Below the pieces are notes generated by a model. That model worked only from the letters and a program-made list of their open reading frames with translations. It made no database searches and had not been told where the DNA came from. From contig CAUVXB020000002.1 of NCBI GenBank assembly GCA_963555825.3, forward strand, positions 1,536,001 through 1,600,000: 64,000 nucleotides of DNA, written 5' to 3'. The position numbers and the translations under genes are program-made. This DNA is from Alphaproteobacteria bacterium (GTDB lineage Bacteria > Pseudomonadota > Alphaproteobacteria > JAAXGF01). Positions 18,942 to 29,687 of the stretch are shown here, one piece after another. How positions within the stretch are numbered: the first letter of the stretch is position 1; every line of letters starts with the position of its first letter.

Positions 18942-19070
18942 CGGGGCCTCAATAAATGACAAATGAAGGGGATCGAGCGGACGAAGCGTCGCGCCGCCGT
19001 ATATTTAGGAAGCATTGCGGGCTTTGTACACCCCCCGCCCGACGTGCGGAAGAGATGGCTTCGACCCGCC

Positions 19071-21842
19071 TCACTCGGCCATCCTCGGTATCAGGAAGTC
19101 GCGTGTCGCGGCGATCGCCTCGGCGAGGCCGAGACGCTCGATCTCGATGCCTTCGGGGAAGGCGCCCAGCAGGCGTGACGGGATCGCCCGGTCGAGCAGC
19201 ACGAAGACGCCGCGGTCGTCGGCGCGGCGCACCAGCCGGCCGTACGCCTGCTTGAGCTTGAGGCGCACCAGCATGTCGTCGTAGCCGGCGCCGAAGGCTT
19301 GGCGCCGCGCGCGGTGCGCCAGGTCGGGCCGCGGCCAAGGCACGCGGTCGAAGACGATCAGCCGCAGACTCGGCCCCGGCACGTCGACGCCGTCGCGCAC
19401 CGCATCGGTGCCCAACAGGCAGGCGTCGCGCTCGGCGCGGAAGATGTCGACCAGCGTCGCGGTGTCGAGCGGATCGACGTGCTGGGCATAGAGCGTCAGG
19501 CCGGCGGCCTCGAGCGGCGCGGCGATGCGCCCGTGCACGGCGCGCAGCCGGGCGATCGCGGTGAACAGGCCGAGCGCGCCGCCGCCCGAGGCCGCGAACA
19601 GCTCGCGGTACGCCGCGGCGACCTGGTCGGCGGCGTCGCGGCGCACGTCGGTGACCACCAGGACCCGCGTCTGGCCGGCGTAGTCGAAGGGCGAGGGCAC
19701 CTGGGCGCGCAACGCCGGCGTCGCGAGGTGGCCGGCACCGGTGCGCGCTTCCGCCGCGCGCCAATCGGCCTCGCCGTCGCCGGTGCCGTCGCGCAGGCTG
19801 GCCGAGGTGATCAGCACGCCATGCGCCGGCCGCGCGACATGCTCGATGAAGGGCCGGGTCGGGTCGACCCAGTGGCGGTGCATGCCGACGTCGACCTCGC
19901 GGCCGTCGGCGCGCGTCAGCGAGAACCAGTCGACGAACTCGGCCGGCGTTTCGCCCGCCAGCTCGGCCAGCATGCGGCGCCAGCCGGCGACCTCGATGCT
20001 GCCGCGCCGGGCGAGACCGCGGCACATCGCCTCGATGCGCAGCCGGGTCGACGAATCGAGATCGGCCGCTTCGTCGTCGAGCAGCGCGGCGAGCCGCTTG
20101 GCGAGCGCCATCAGCGGCCGGCCCAGTTGGTCGAGCGCCGCGGCGAGCGCCGCCGCCGCGGCGAGCAGCCCGTCGACCGGCGGCCGTGTCTCGACCTCCA
20201 GGCTGTAGGCGCCGTCCTTGCCGCGGGCGCGCGCCAGCACTTGGCCGCGAACCGCGGCGAGGAAGGCCTCGGCCGGGCCGCGCGGCGCGCCCTCGGTGAT
20301 GCGTTGCGACCAGCCCGGGCCGGGCAGCACGCGCGCAGCCTTGAGAACCGCCTCGAGGTCCGCGGCGCCATCCTCGTCGTCGATCAGGTCGCCGACCCGG
20401 TTCTCCAGGCCGCGTGCGCGGCCGCGCCCGCCGCCCTCGGCGCCGAGCACCCAGCGCCGCAGCTCGGCGGCCTCGTAGCCCGACAGTTCGGCGGCGAAGG
20501 CCGCATCGGCGGCATTGAAGACGTGGTGCCCCTCGTCGAAGACGTAGCGCGTCGGCAGGAACGGGTCGTCGCCGCCGAGCGCCGCGTGCAGCGCCGCCTG
20601 GGTCATCACCAGCGCGTGGTTGGCGATCACGATGTCGGCGCGTCTGGCGCGCCGCACGCCGCGCTCGATGAAGCATTTGCGGTAGTGCGGGCAGGCCGAA
20701 TAGACACACTCGCCACGGTGGTCGGTGAGGCCGAGCGTGCGGCGCCGGCCGACGAGGTCGGTGAGCCACGCCGGGAAATCGCCGCCGACCATGTCGCCGT
20801 CGCGGCTGCGCCTGGCCCAGCGCGCCATCAGGCCGACCGCGACCGCGTCCTCGCGCCGCCCGGCGACGCCGCGCGCCGCCTCTTCCATGTTCAGCAGGCA
20901 CAGGTAATTCTCGCGCCCTTTGCGCAGCACGACCTTCTGCGCCTTGACGCGGGCGTCGGGATAGAGCCGGTCGAGCTCCTGGTCAATCTGGCGCTGCAGG
21001 TTCTTGGTGTAGGTCGAGAGCCAGACGGCGCCCTGGTTGGCCTCGGCCCAGAGGCTCGCCGGCGCGATGTAGCCGAGCGTCTTGCCGACGCCGGTGCCGG
21101 CCTCGGCGATGACGACGCAGCTGTCGTCGGCGTCGTCGCGCGGCTGGAACGCGGCGGTCACGGCGGACGCGTAATCGGCCTGCTCGGGCCTGGCCTCGGC
21201 GCCCGAGCCGAGCAGTGCCGCGAGCCGGGCGCGCGCGTCGGCCGGCGCGACGCCATGTGCCGCTGGTTGGCCGGGCGGCGCCTGCTCGCTCCACTCGGGC
21301 AAGCGCGTCCAGACGTCGAGCCCGCCGCCGCCGGCGGCGCGCACCGCGGCCGGGCCGAGCGCGGCGATCACCGCCGGCCCCCAGGACCACCCCGCGCGCG
21401 CCATGGTGACGGCGATCGGCGCCGCCTCGTCCTTGGCCTCGTCGTCGGCCCGTCCGAGCTCGGCGAGCAGCGCCCCGGCGGCATCCAGCAACGCCGCCGC
21501 CTCGGCCTCGTGGCCGTGCGGCGCTGCGAGGCCGAGCGCGTCGGCGAGGCCGCGCGGCGTCGGCCGGCAGAACTGCGCCGGGCGCGTGAAGGCGAACAGC
21601 TCGAGCAGGTCCAATGCAGCAAACGGCGCGCCGCCGAGGCGCCGCCGGACGGCCGGCGCATGGCAGACGATCGGCGCCGGCCCGGCCGTGGCTCGCGCCG
21701 CCGCCGCGGCGTGGTCGAGCGCCTCGATCTCGCCATCGACGCTGAGCCACACCGCGCCCCGCGCGCCGGCGACCAGCGCGGCGGCGCCAACATCGTTGGG
21801 GGGAGTTGTGTCGTCGGGCGATGAGGTCGAGCGGGCGGCCAT
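19071..21842 (-). CDS. dinG: ATP-dependent DNA helicase, DinG family
   Basis: EAGTGVGKT, KGRENYLC, ANHAL, FDEGHH, SPFDY, DGVDVPG, QAYGRLVR. Confidence 0.92.
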   Translation of the reverse strand: MAARSTSSPDDTTPPNDVGAAALVAGARGAVWLSVDGEIEALDHAAAAARATAGPAPIVCHAPAVRRRLGGAPFAALDLLELFAFTRPAQFCRPTPRGLADALGLAAPHGHEAEAAALLDAAGALLAELGRADDEAKDEAAPIAVTMARAGWSWGPAVIAALGPAAVRAAGGGGLDVWTRLPEWSEQAPPGQPAAHGVAPADARARLAALLGSGAEARPEQADYASAVTAAFQPRDDADDSCVVIAEAGTGVGKTLGYIAPASLWAEANQGAVWLSTYTKNLQRQIDQELDRLYPDARVKAQKVVLRKGRENYLCLLNMEEAARGVAGRREDAVAVGLMARWARRSRDGDMVGGDFPAWLTDLVGRRRTLGLTDHRGECVYSACPHYRKCFIERGVRRARRADIVIANHALVMTQAALHAALGGDDPFLPTRYVFDEGHHVFNAADAAFAAELSGYEAAELRRWVLGAEGGGRGRARGLENRVGDLIDDEDGAADLEAVLKAARVLPGPGWSQRITEGAPRGPAEAFLAAVRGQVLARARGKDGAYSLEVETRPPVDGLLAAAAALAAALDQLGRPLMALAKRLAALLDDEAADLDSSTRLRIEAMCRGLARRGSIEVAGWRRMLAELAGETPAEFVDWFSLTRADGREVDVGMHRHWVDPTRPFIEHVARPAHGVLITSASLRDGTGDGEADWRAAEARTGAGHLATPALRAQVPSPFDYAGQTRVLVVTDVRRDAADQVAAAYRELFAASGGGALGLFTAIARLRAVHGRIAAPLEAAGLTLYAQHVDPLDTATLVDIFRAERDACLLGTDAVRDGVDVPGPSLRLIVFDRVPWPRPDLAHRARRQAFGAGYDDMLVRLKLKQAYGRLVRRADDRGVFVLLDRAIPSRLLGAFPEGIEIERLGLAEAIAATRDFLIPRMAE

Positions 21843-21880
21843 GCGGGCGACTATACCCCCCGGGCCGCGCGAATGCGTAC

Positions 21881-21973
21881 ACGTAAGCAGATGAATAAAC
21901 GTAAGCAGTATACATTTTCTCCGATCGCCTCGTGACGACTCGGGATGCGATAAAATGTATACTGCTTACGTTT
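21881..21973. repeat. REP-like repeat family B cluster, copy 2
   Basis: Partial ACGTAAGCAG 21881-21890; perfect 22-bp inverted pair AAACGTAAGCAGTATACATTTT 21897-21918 / AAAATGTATACTGCTTACGTTT 21952-21973. Confidence 0.88.
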
Positions 21974-22014
21974 TATGATTGGTCCGCCCGGTGCCTTGCG
22001 CCACCGCGCCCGGT

Positions 22015-23418
22015 TCAGCCGAGCCGGTTGATGCCGTCCAGCGCGGCGGTCTTGTAGCACTCGGCGAGCGTCGGGTAGTTGAACACGGTGTTGACGAAAT
22101 AATCGATCGGCCCGTCGTGGGCGAGCACCGCCTGGCCGATGTGAACCAGCTCGCTGGCGCCCATGCCGAGCACGTTGACGCCCAAGAGCTTGCGCGTCTC
22201 CATGTGGAAGACGAGCTTTAAGAGGCCGCTCGAATCGCCGATGATCTGGCCGCGCGCAATCTCGCGGTAGGTCGCCTTGCCGACCTCGTAAGGCACGCCC
22301 GCCTCGGTCAGCTCCTCCTCGGTCTTGCCGACCGAGGAGATTTCCGGGATCGTGTAGATGCCGAAGGGAAACAGCTCGGGCACGCTCTTCACTTCGACGC
22401 CGAAGGCGTGGCAGGCGGCCAACCGGCCCTGCTCCATCGAGGTCGAGGCGAGCGCCGGGAAGCCGATGATGTCGCCGACCGCGTAGATATGCGGCACTTC
22501 GGTCTGATAGTACTCGTTGACCTTGATGCGGCCGCGGTCGTCGGCGGTGATGCCGGCGGCCTCGATGTCGAGCCCGTCGGTCGCGCCGGTCCGGCCGACG
22601 CTGTAGATCACTTTCTGGGTGACCACCTGCTTGCCGCTCTTGAGCGTGATGCGGACGTGCTCGCCGCGCTCGTCGTCGTAGGCCTCGATGCCGGCGACCT
22701 CCTCGCCGAGCCTGAGCGTCATGCGGTTCTGGCGCATCTGATAGACCAGCGCGTCGGTGATCTCTTCGTCGATGAAGGGCAACAGCTGGTGGCGCATGTC
22801 GATCAGCGTGACGCGCACGCCGAGCGCCGCGAAGATGGTCGCGTACTCGCAGCCGATGACGCCGCCGCCGACCACGGTGAGCGTCTTGGGCAGGTCCTTG
22901 AGATGCAGGATCTGGTCGCTCGTCAGGATGCGCTGCTGGTCGAACTCGATGTTGCCAGAGGTTGTCGCCGAGGTGCCGACCGAGACGACGATGCGCTCGA
23001 CGGCGACGTCGCGCTGGCCGCGCCCGTCGTTGTAGGTCAGGCGCACCGTGTTCGGGCCGACGAAGGAACCGGCCGCCGGCAGCAGGTCGATGCCGTTGCG
23101 CTGCAGCTGGTGGCAGGTCACGTCGATCTCGTTGCGGATGACTATATCGGCGCGGTAGAGCAGGTCGGACATGGTGATGTCGCGCTTGACCGAATAGGAG
23201 GCGCCGTAGATGGCGCGCTCGTGATAGCCCGACAGATGCAGCACCGCCTCGCGCAGCGTCTTGCTCGGAATCGTGCCGGTATTGATGCACACGCCGCCGA
23301 CCACCGCCTTCTTCTCTGCGATGGCGACGCGCTTGCCCAGCTTGGCGGCCTGGATCGCCGCCTTCTGCCCGGCCGGTCCCGATCCGATGACCAGGATATC
23401 GTAGTCGTCGTCTTCCAT
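22015..23418 (-). CDS. sthA: Soluble pyridine nucleotide transhydrogenase
   Basis: GSGPAG, GGVCINTGTIPSK (single Cys), GIYTIPEIS, FNYPTLAECYK. Confidence 0.93.
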   Translation of the reverse strand: MEDDDYDILVIGSGPAGQKAAIQAAKLGKRVAIAEKKAVVGGVCINTGTIPSKTLREAVLHLSGYHERAIYGASYSVKRDITMSDLLYRADIVIRNEIDVTCHQLQRNGIDLLPAAGSFVGPNTVRLTYNDGRGQRDVAVERIVVSVGTSATTSGNIEFDQQRILTSDQILHLKDLPKTLTVVGGGVIGCEYATIFAALGVRVTLIDMRHQLLPFIDEEITDALVYQMRQNRMTLRLGEEVAGIEAYDDERGEHVRITLKSGKQVVTQKVIYSVGRTGATDGLDIEAAGITADDRGRIKVNEYYQTEVPHIYAVGDIIGFPALASTSMEQGRLAACHAFGVEVKSVPELFPFGIYTIPEISSVGKTEEELTEAGVPYEVGKATYREIARGQIIGDSSGLLKLVFHMETRKLLGVNVLGMGASELVHIGQAVLAHDGPIDYFVNTVFNYPTLAECYKTAALDGINRLG

Positions 23419-23572
23419 CTGCCCTCACCCCCGTTCTCGGCCCCGGCGCGTCTCTGCGCGCTTGGCCGAACCACTCAGTGTGACCGCTTTGTCCGCGCGA
23501 CGCAATGCACGCGCCATTGACGGCCGCGCGCGATTTCCGCATGGTCCGCTCCGCTTGGAGTAGGATAGTGCG

Positions 23573-25153
23573 ATGACCAACGAACGCGACCTCGCCCTCG
23601 ACGGCGCCGCCTGGCCGTTCCGCGAAGCGCGCAAACTGCTGGAACGGACCGGCGGGGTGACGCCCGACAAGGGCTATGTGCTGTTCGAGACCGGCTATGG
23701 GCCGTCGGGCCTGCCGCATATCGGCACCTTCGGCGAGGTCGCGCGCACCTCGATGCTGCGCCACGCCTTCGGCGTCATGTGCGACATCCCGACCCGGCTG
23801 GTCGCCTTCTCCGACGACATGGACGGGCTGCGCGGCGTGCCCGGCAACCTGCCCGAGCAGGACATGCTGCGCGCGCATCTCGGCAAGCCGCTGACCGCGA
23901 TCCCCGATCCGTTCGGCAGCCACGAGAGCTTCGGTCACCACAACAACGCGCGGCTCTGCGCCTTCCTCGACAGCTTCGGCTTCGACTACGAGTTCATGAG
24001 CTCGACCGCGTGCTACACGAGCGGCAAATTCGACGCGATGCTGGTCAACGTGTTGCGCCACTACGACGCGATCATGGCGTTCATGCTGCCGACGCTCCGC
24101 GACGAGCGGCGCGCGACGTTCAGCCCGGTGCTGCCGATCAGCCCGCAGACCGGCAACGTGCTGCAGGTGCCGATTATCGCCGTCGACGCCGACGCCGGCA
24201 CGGTCGCCTTCACCGACGAGGACGGCGCCGAGGCCGAGGTGCCGGTCACCGGCGGCCATTGCAAGCTCGGCTGGAAGACCGACTGGGCGATGCGCTGGGC
24301 GGCGCTCGGCGTCGATTACGAGATGGCCGGCAAGGACCTGATCGACTCGATCAAGCATTCGAGCGAAATCTGCCGCATCCTCGGCGCGACGCCGCCCGAG
24401 GGCTTCAACTACGAGCTGTTCCTCGACGAAAACGGCCAGAAGATCTCGAAGTCCAAGGGCAACGGCATGACGATCGACGAATGGCTGCGCTACGGCAGCA
24501 GAGAGAGCCTGTCGCTGTTCATGTATCAGTCGCCCAGGAAGGCCAAGCGGCTCTACTTCGACGTCATCCCGCGCCACGTCGACGACTATGCGAGCCACCT
24601 CGAGAAATACGCCGAGCAGACGCCCGAGAAGCGCCTGAGCAACCCGGTCTGGCACATCCACGACGGCGATCCGCCGGCGCCGAGCCAGCCGATCACCTTT
24701 GGCGTGCTGCTCAACCTGGCGAGTGTCGCCAACGCCGAGGACACGAGCGTGCTGTGGGGCTTCATCGCGCGCTACGTGCCCGACGCGAGACCCGAAAGCG
24801 CCGCGATGCTCGACGAGCTCGCCGGCTACGCGGTCAACTACTACCTCGACTTCGTCAAGCCGAACAAAAGCTTCCGCGCGCCCGATCCGCGCGAACGCAC
24901 GGCGCTCGAGGAACTGGCGATGGCCTTGGCCGACCTGCCCGACGACGCCGAGGCGATCCAGTACGAGGTCTACGAGATCGGCAAGCGCCACGGCTTCGAG
25001 CCGCTGCGCGCTTGGTTCCAGGCGCTCTACGAGACGCTGCTGGGCCAGACCCAGGGCCCACGCATGGGCTCGTTCATCGCGCTCTACGGCCGCGCCGAGA
25101 CGATCGCCCTGATCGAACGCGTCCTCGCCGGCGAGGACCTCAGCGCGGCGTAA
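23573..25153 (+). CDS. lysS: Lysine--tRNA ligase, class I
   Basis: [37 protein letters not shown]. Confidence 0.96.
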   Translation: MTNERDLALDGAAWPFREARKLLERTGGVTPDKGYVLFETGYGPSGLPHIGTFGEVARTSMLRHAFGVMCDIPTRLVAFSDDMDGLRGVPGNLPEQDMLRAHLGKPLTAIPDPFGSHESFGHHNNARLCAFLDSFGFDYEFMSSTACYTSGKFDAMLVNVLRHYDAIMAFMLPTLRDERRATFSPVLPISPQTGNVLQVPIIAVDADAGTVAFTDEDGAEAEVPVTGGHCKLGWKTDWAMRWAALGVDYEMAGKDLIDSIKHSSEICRILGATPPEGFNYELFLDENGQKISKSKGNGMTIDEWLRYGSRESLSLFMYQSPRKAKRLYFDVIPRHVDDYASHLEKYAEQTPEKRLSNPVWHIHDGDPPAPSQPITFGVLLNLASVANAEDTSVLWGFIARYVPDARPESAAMLDELAGYAVNYYLDFVKPNKSFRAPDPRERTALEELAMALADLPDDAEAIQYEVYEIGKRHGFEPLRAWFQALYETLLGQTQGPRMGSFIALYGRAETIALIERVLAGEDLSAA

Positions 25154-25241
25154 GCGAACGCCGGGGACGCGCCCGGCGACTGCCCCTGGCATCCCGACGA
25201 ACTTGGATTTTATAACGGTGCGATCTTCATGGTGAGTTAAT

Positions 25242-25290
25242 ATTCTTATAATATTCTTATAATGTTCTCTTTATGTTCTCTGGGTATAAT
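25242..25290 (+). promoter_or_regulatory. Alphaproteobacterial LexA (SOS) box array and -10 element
   Basis: GTTC-TCTTTAT-GTTC at 25264-25278, preceded by ATTC half-sites at 25242 and 25253 (11-bp period); TATAAT at 25285. Confidence 0.7.
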
Positions 25291-25312
25291 CACCCATCGA
25301 TAGGAGATCGCC

Positions 25313-26341
25313 ATGGTCAAGGTCTATTTCGGCACCAACAGGAAACCCAACCGGAAGAAGGCGCCCGACGATTTCGGGTGGGGCTTTAGCGAGGCGGGTC
25401 TCGCCAGCCTGCGGTTCGGCATGGCCGAGGTCACCGGGGGAAATCTGGATAACTACGATCTCTATCTTGCGCCCGAGCGGCTGCGCAAGGACGTCGAGCG
25501 CAAGATCAAGGGCGGCAAAGGCTCGGTTCTGGGCAGTCTCAACGTCTTCGAACGCGTCCGCGACAAGATGATCGGGCATGCGCGCGACACGGTGGTCTTC
25601 ATCCATGGCTACAACGTCAGCTTCAAGCAGGCACTGACCAGCGCCGCCGAGTTGAAGCGCAACTTCTCGACCGCACGGGGTGGGCCGGGCGTCAACGTCG
25701 TGCTGTTCTCGTGGCCGTCGGACGGCTCGATGATGCCCTTCATCGCCTATGCCAACGACCGCCAGGACGCGGCGGCCTCGGGGCCCGCCTTCGCGCGCGG
25801 CTTGCTGAAACTCGCCGATTTTCTGCGCGGTTCCAGGCCCGTCGAGGCCTGCGACCAGCGTGTCCACCTGGTCGCGCATTCGATGGGCAATTATGTCCTG
25901 CGCCATGCCGTCCAGGAGATCGTGGCGCATTCGCCCGGACGACCGGTGCGCATCTTCGATCAGGTGTTCCTGATGGCCGCCGACGAGGACGACGACGCCT
26001 TCGAATACGCCCACAAGCTGAAACCGCTGCCGCGACTCGCCAAGCGCGTCAACGTCTACTTCAACAACGAGGACGCCGGGATGGCGATCTCGGACAAGAC
26101 CAAGGGCAACCCGGACCGCCTCGGCGACGATGGCCCGCGCGTGCCGCGCGGCATCCCGGGCAAGGTCACGTTGGTCGACTGCACGCCGGTCGTCGAGGGC
26201 CTCGTCGAGCACTCGTATTATCTCGATACACCGACCGTCGTCGGCGATATGCAGAAGGTGCTCGTCGGCACGCCGTCCGACGGATTCGCCGATCGCCACT
26301 ACGTGCAGGAATCCAATCGTTACCGGCTGAAGGCGGGTTAG
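25313..26341 (+). CDS. Alpha/beta hydrolase, DUF900 family
   Basis: VYFGTNR, FIHGYNVSF, FSWPS, AHSMG nucleophile motif, HSYY. Confidence 0.88.
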   Translation: MVKVYFGTNRKPNRKKAPDDFGWGFSEAGLASLRFGMAEVTGGNLDNYDLYLAPERLRKDVERKIKGGKGSVLGSLNVFERVRDKMIGHARDTVVFIHGYNVSFKQALTSAAELKRNFSTARGGPGVNVVLFSWPSDGSMMPFIAYANDRQDAAASGPAFARGLLKLADFLRGSRPVEACDQRVHLVAHSMGNYVLRHAVQEIVAHSPGRPVRIFDQVFLMAADEDDDAFEYAHKLKPLPRLAKRVNVYFNNEDAGMAISDKTKGNPDRLGDDGPRVPRGIPGKVTLVDCTPVVEGLVEHSYYLDTPTVVGDMQKVLVGTPSDGFADRHYVQESNRYRLKAG

Positions 26342-27195
26342 CCCTTGGGCACCTTGATGTCGGACTGGCGGGCGTATTCGAAGTAGGTATCGCGGGCCTG
26401 GCGGTAGATCGGGCCGGGCTGCAATTCGCGGTCCTCGATGCGCGTCACCGGAATGACCTTGGCGAAGTTGCCGGTCGAGAAGATCTCGTCGGCCGCCTTG
26501 ACCTCGTCGTAGCCGATCGTGCGCTCGACGACCTCGACGCCGGTCTCCCGCAAGAGCTTGATGACGCGCTGGCGCGTGATGCCGTTGAGGAACGCGCCGT
26601 TCCACGCCGGCGTGTGGGCGACGCCGTCCTTGGCGATCCACAGGTTCGAGGTGGCGAACTCGGCGACGTTGTTCTCGTGGTCGAGCATGACCGCGTTGTC
26701 GAAGCCCTTGTCCTGGGCCTCCTTGATCGCGAACCCGCTCATCGGATAGAGACAGGCGGCCTTGGCCATGGTCGGCGCCGTGTCGGGCGCCGGACGGCGC
26801 ATGCTCGACAACAGCACCTTCGAGCCGGTCGGCTCGGGGATCGGTTCCTCGAGCACCGTCATGACGAAGCGCGTGCTCGCCGGCTCGGCGACCAGGAAGC
26901 CCTTCTGGGGATAGAAATAGGGCCGGATGTAGAGCTCGGTCCCGGCGGCGAAGCGGGCGCAGCCGTCGAGCGCGACTTCGACCAGGTCGTCGACCGTCAT
27001 CTCGGTGGCCAGGCCGAAATGCCAGATCGAGCGCAGCATCCGCTCGCAATGCATATCGAGGTCGGGCGCGACGCCGTCGAAGGCGCGGGCGCCGTCGAAC
27101 ACGCCGGTGGCGAACCAGAAGGCCTGGTCCATCGGCCCCATGAGCGGCGGGTTGCCCTCGATCCACTTGCCGTCGATGAAATGTATCGCGGTCAT
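26338..27195 (-). CDS. Class IV (branched-chain amino acid-type) aminotransferase
   Basis: VFDGAR, LYIRP, AKAACLY, EFATSN, LNGITR. Confidence 0.9.
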   Translation of the reverse strand: MTAIHFIDGKWIEGNPPLMGPMDQAFWFATGVFDGARAFDGVAPDLDMHCERMLRSIWHFGLATEMTVDDLVEVALDGCARFAAGTELYIRPYFYPQKGFLVAEPASTRFVMTVLEEPIPEPTGSKVLLSSMRRPAPDTAPTMAKAACLYPMSGFAIKEAQDKGFDNAVMLDHENNVAEFATSNLWIAKDGVAHTPAWNGAFLNGITRQRVIKLLRETGVEVVERTIGYDEVKAADEIFSTGNFAKVIPVTRIEDRELQPGPIYRQARDTYFEYARQSDIKVPKG

Positions 27196-27405
27196 CGTTC
27201 CTCCCCAGTCGAAACAGTACCGACAGTCAACACGACAGAGTTGACTGTCGGAGCCCGCGACCGCGGGCCGTCGCCACTAAGGCCAATCTTGATTCGAAAA
27301 GAATGGCCAGCGTGGCGCTTGAACGCAGCAAAGTCACGAGAATCGTGGCTTTGCGTATAAGAGGTCAAACTATGCCGCCGGTAAACTTTTTCCAAGCAAC
27401 GCTTG

Positions 27406-28407
27406 TCAGGCGCCAGCGATCTCGCCCGAGGTGAAGAAGGGTGCGGTGTCGAGCGCCCGGCCCAGCGCCTCGACCGTGATGTTGGCGCCGGTCAGCATGA
27501 AGACGACGCGCTTGCCCCGAAACGCCTCGCGGCGCTGCCAGGCCGCGGCGAAGCCCGCGGCGGCGCCCGGCTCGACCAGAATATGAGCGCTTTCGACCAA
27601 CGTATGGACCGCCGCCAGGATGACCGCGTCGTCGACCAGCCAGGCGTCGTCGACCAGCGTGCGGATCGAATTGAGCGCGCGCGCCGCCGGCACCCGACAA
27701 GCGAGCCCGTCGGCGATCGTGTCGATCGGCCGCTCGACCGGCGCCCCGGCGTGATAGCTCTCGACCATGGCCGGCGAGCCCGACGACTGCACGGCGTAGA
27801 GCTTGGCGTCCGGCTGCAGGCCCTTGATGCCGGCGGCGCAGCCCGAGATCGCCGTGCCGCTGCCCATCGGCACGACCACCGCGTCGATGCCGTCGAGCGC
27901 CTCGGCCGCCTCGAGCCCCATGGGGCCGGCGCCCTCCATGACCTCGAGGCTCTCGCCGTCGTCCGGGAAGACGTGGCCGTTGGCAGCGGCGAACACCTTC
28001 GCGCGGACCTTGGCGTCGTCGAGGTCGTAGCCCTCCTCGTGCACCGTCGCGCCGAAGGCGGCGATCATCGCGCGCTTCACCGGGTTGGCCGGCTCGGCCA
28101 GGAAGATATGCGCCTCGAGGCCGGCGAGGCGGGCGGCGTAGGCGACGCCCTGGCCGTGGTTGCCGGTCGACGAGGTCACCACGCCAGTGGCCCCCTGGTC
28201 CTGCTTGGCGCGCAGCACGCCGTTGAGTCCGCCGCGCAGCTTGAACGAGGCGACCGGGCTGACCGTCTCGTTCTTGAGCCAGACCTCGGCGTCGAAGGCG
28301 CGCGAAAGGATCTCGGCGCGCACCAGCGGCGTCGGCGTAAGGTACGGCGCGAGCGTGGCGGCGGCGGCGCTGACGCCGGCGTGGCTCGGCGGTGCAATGT
28401 CGGTCAT
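27406..28407 (-). CDS. PLP-dependent threonine/serine dehydratase family protein
   Basis: Start MTDIAPP; LKNE...SFKLRG, SSTGNHG, PMGSG, EPGAA. Confidence 0.9.
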   Translation of the reverse strand: MTDIAPPSHAGVSAAAATLAPYLTPTPLVRAEILSRAFDAEVWLKNETVSPVASFKLRGGLNGVLRAKQDQGATGVVTSSTGNHGQGVAYAARLAGLEAHIFLAEPANPVKRAMIAAFGATVHEEGYDLDDAKVRAKVFAAANGHVFPDDGESLEVMEGAGPMGLEAAEALDGIDAVVVPMGSGTAISGCAAGIKGLQPDAKLYAVQSSGSPAMVESYHAGAPVERPIDTIADGLACRVPAARALNSIRTLVDDAWLVDDAVILAAVHTLVESAHILVEPGAAAGFAAAWQRREAFRGKRVVFMLTGANITVEALGRALDTAPFFTSGEIAGA

Positions 28408-29687
28408 GGGTCGCTCCGGTAATTGTCGGGGTCGAGCAGGCCGTAGCGCGAGGTCAGCGGCCCGGCGCCGTCGATCATGCGCGCGCGAGCGATCAGCGCC
28501 GCCTTGAGTTCGGCGGCGCGCCAGTCGGGATGGGCGGCGGCGAGCCGGGCGGCCAGCGCGGTGACGCGCGGCACCGCGAAGCTCGAACCCGAGCCGGTCG
28601 TCGCCCGGCCGTGGAAATCGGTGACGGGGACGCGCTCGCCGGGCGCCAGGATGTCGACGGTGCCCTTGCCCCAGTTCGAGCCGGGCGCCGGTTGGCCGAA
28701 GCCGTCGGCCGAGCCGACCACGATCATGTTGTCGATCGTGAACGCCGCCGGATAAACCGGTTTGCGGTCGAGGTCGCGGCCGTTGTTGCCGGCCGAGACG
28801 ACGAACAGGATGTCGCCGTTGGCCCGCGCGGCCTGGGCGAAGACGTCCCAGTCGCTGGTCCGGTTGCTGCCCATCGCCAGGTTGACGATGCGCGTGCCCG
28901 CGGCCGCGGCGTCGGCGACCAGGTCGGCCCAGCGTGCCGGGTCGGGTCGGGGATAGCGGTAGACGACGAGGCGCACGCCGGGCGCTTCGCCCAGGATCGC
29001 GCTGGCGACCCGCGTGCCGTGGCGCTGCGGGAAGAACGGCGAGCGCGCCGGATTGGCGTCGAACGGTCGGTCGTCGAGGTCCCAATAGTCGTAGCCGAGC
29101 GCCCGGCCCGACGCGTCGCGCGCCAGCGCGACGGCTATCGCGGGCAGCAGGTAGTTGACGCCTGAATCGACCAGCGCGACGGTCACGCCGCCTGGATCGG
29201 TGCCCTCGGGCACGGCCGGGTTGAGCGGCTCGCGCGCGCCGGTCGGCGCCAACGCGGCGTCGAGAATCTCGATCGCCTCGGCGGTTCCCACCGCGTCGTA
29301 AATCAGCCGTCGCGCGTCGCGAACCCGGCAGTCGGGGCCGGCGATGACCGCCGCTTCGGGGCGCCGCGCGCCGCCGGTAACGCTGGCGTAGTCGGCCTCG
29401 ATGCGGCGCAGCTTGCCCCATGGCGCGAGGCGCGTGACGCGCAGTATGGCGACGTCGCCGAGCGCGAAGTCGCGGCGCCAACCGAAGACCTCCTCGCCCA
29501 TGGTCATCGGCTCGTCGGCGAGCGCGGTGGCGCCGCCGGGCAGTGCCGCGGCCATCGCGGCGGCATCCCCGGCGTCCTCGACGCAGGCCAGCGCGACGGC
29601 GGCGATCAGCGCGTCCTCGACCTCGCCGGCCTTGACGGCGAGGGGCGTGGTCAACATGAGGAATGCGGCGACAAGAGAGCGCGACAT
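28404..29687 (-). CDS. Secreted S8 (subtilase) serine peptidase
   Basis: Signal peptide; triad motifs LVDSG, HGTRVA, SAGN, SGSSFAVP. Confidence 0.88.
   Translation of the reverse strand: MSRSLVAAFLMLTTPLAVKAGEVEDALIAAVALACVEDAGDAAAMAAALPGGATALADEPMTMGEEVFGWRRDFALGDVAILRVTRLAPWGKLRRIEADYASVTGGARRPEAAVIAGPDCRVRDARRLIYDAVGTAEAIEILDAALAPTGAREPLNPAVPEGTDPGGVTVALVDSGVNYLLPAIAVALARDASGRALGYDYWDLDDRPFDANPARSPFFPQRHGTRVASAILGEAPGVRLVVYRYPRPDPARWADLVADAAAAGTRIVNLAMGSNRTSDWDVFAQAARANGDILFVVSAGNNGRDLDRKPVYPAAFTIDNMIVVGSADGFGQPAPGSNWGKGTVDILAPGERVPVTDFHGRATTGSGSSFAVPRVTALAARLAAAHPDWRAAELKAALIARARMIDGAGPLTSRYGLLDPDNYRSDP

Noticed and set aside
18537-21842. TerB plus DinG as an anti-phage or type IV CRISPR module
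   Set aside because: Housekeeping context next to sthA and lysS, with no cas or other defence genes.
21851-25192. 1113-aa ORF and many other long Arg/Ala/Gly-rich ORFs (e.g. 2350-4872, 4818-7124, 19299-21824, 50034-52703)
   Set aside because: Shadow frames of real high-GC genes with no recognisable motifs.
27220-27252. Hairpin CCGACAGTCAAC-N8-GTTGACTGTCGG as a riboswitch or sRNA
   Set aside because: A single stem with no recognisable aptamer; may be an operator or terminator, but there is too little evidence to call.
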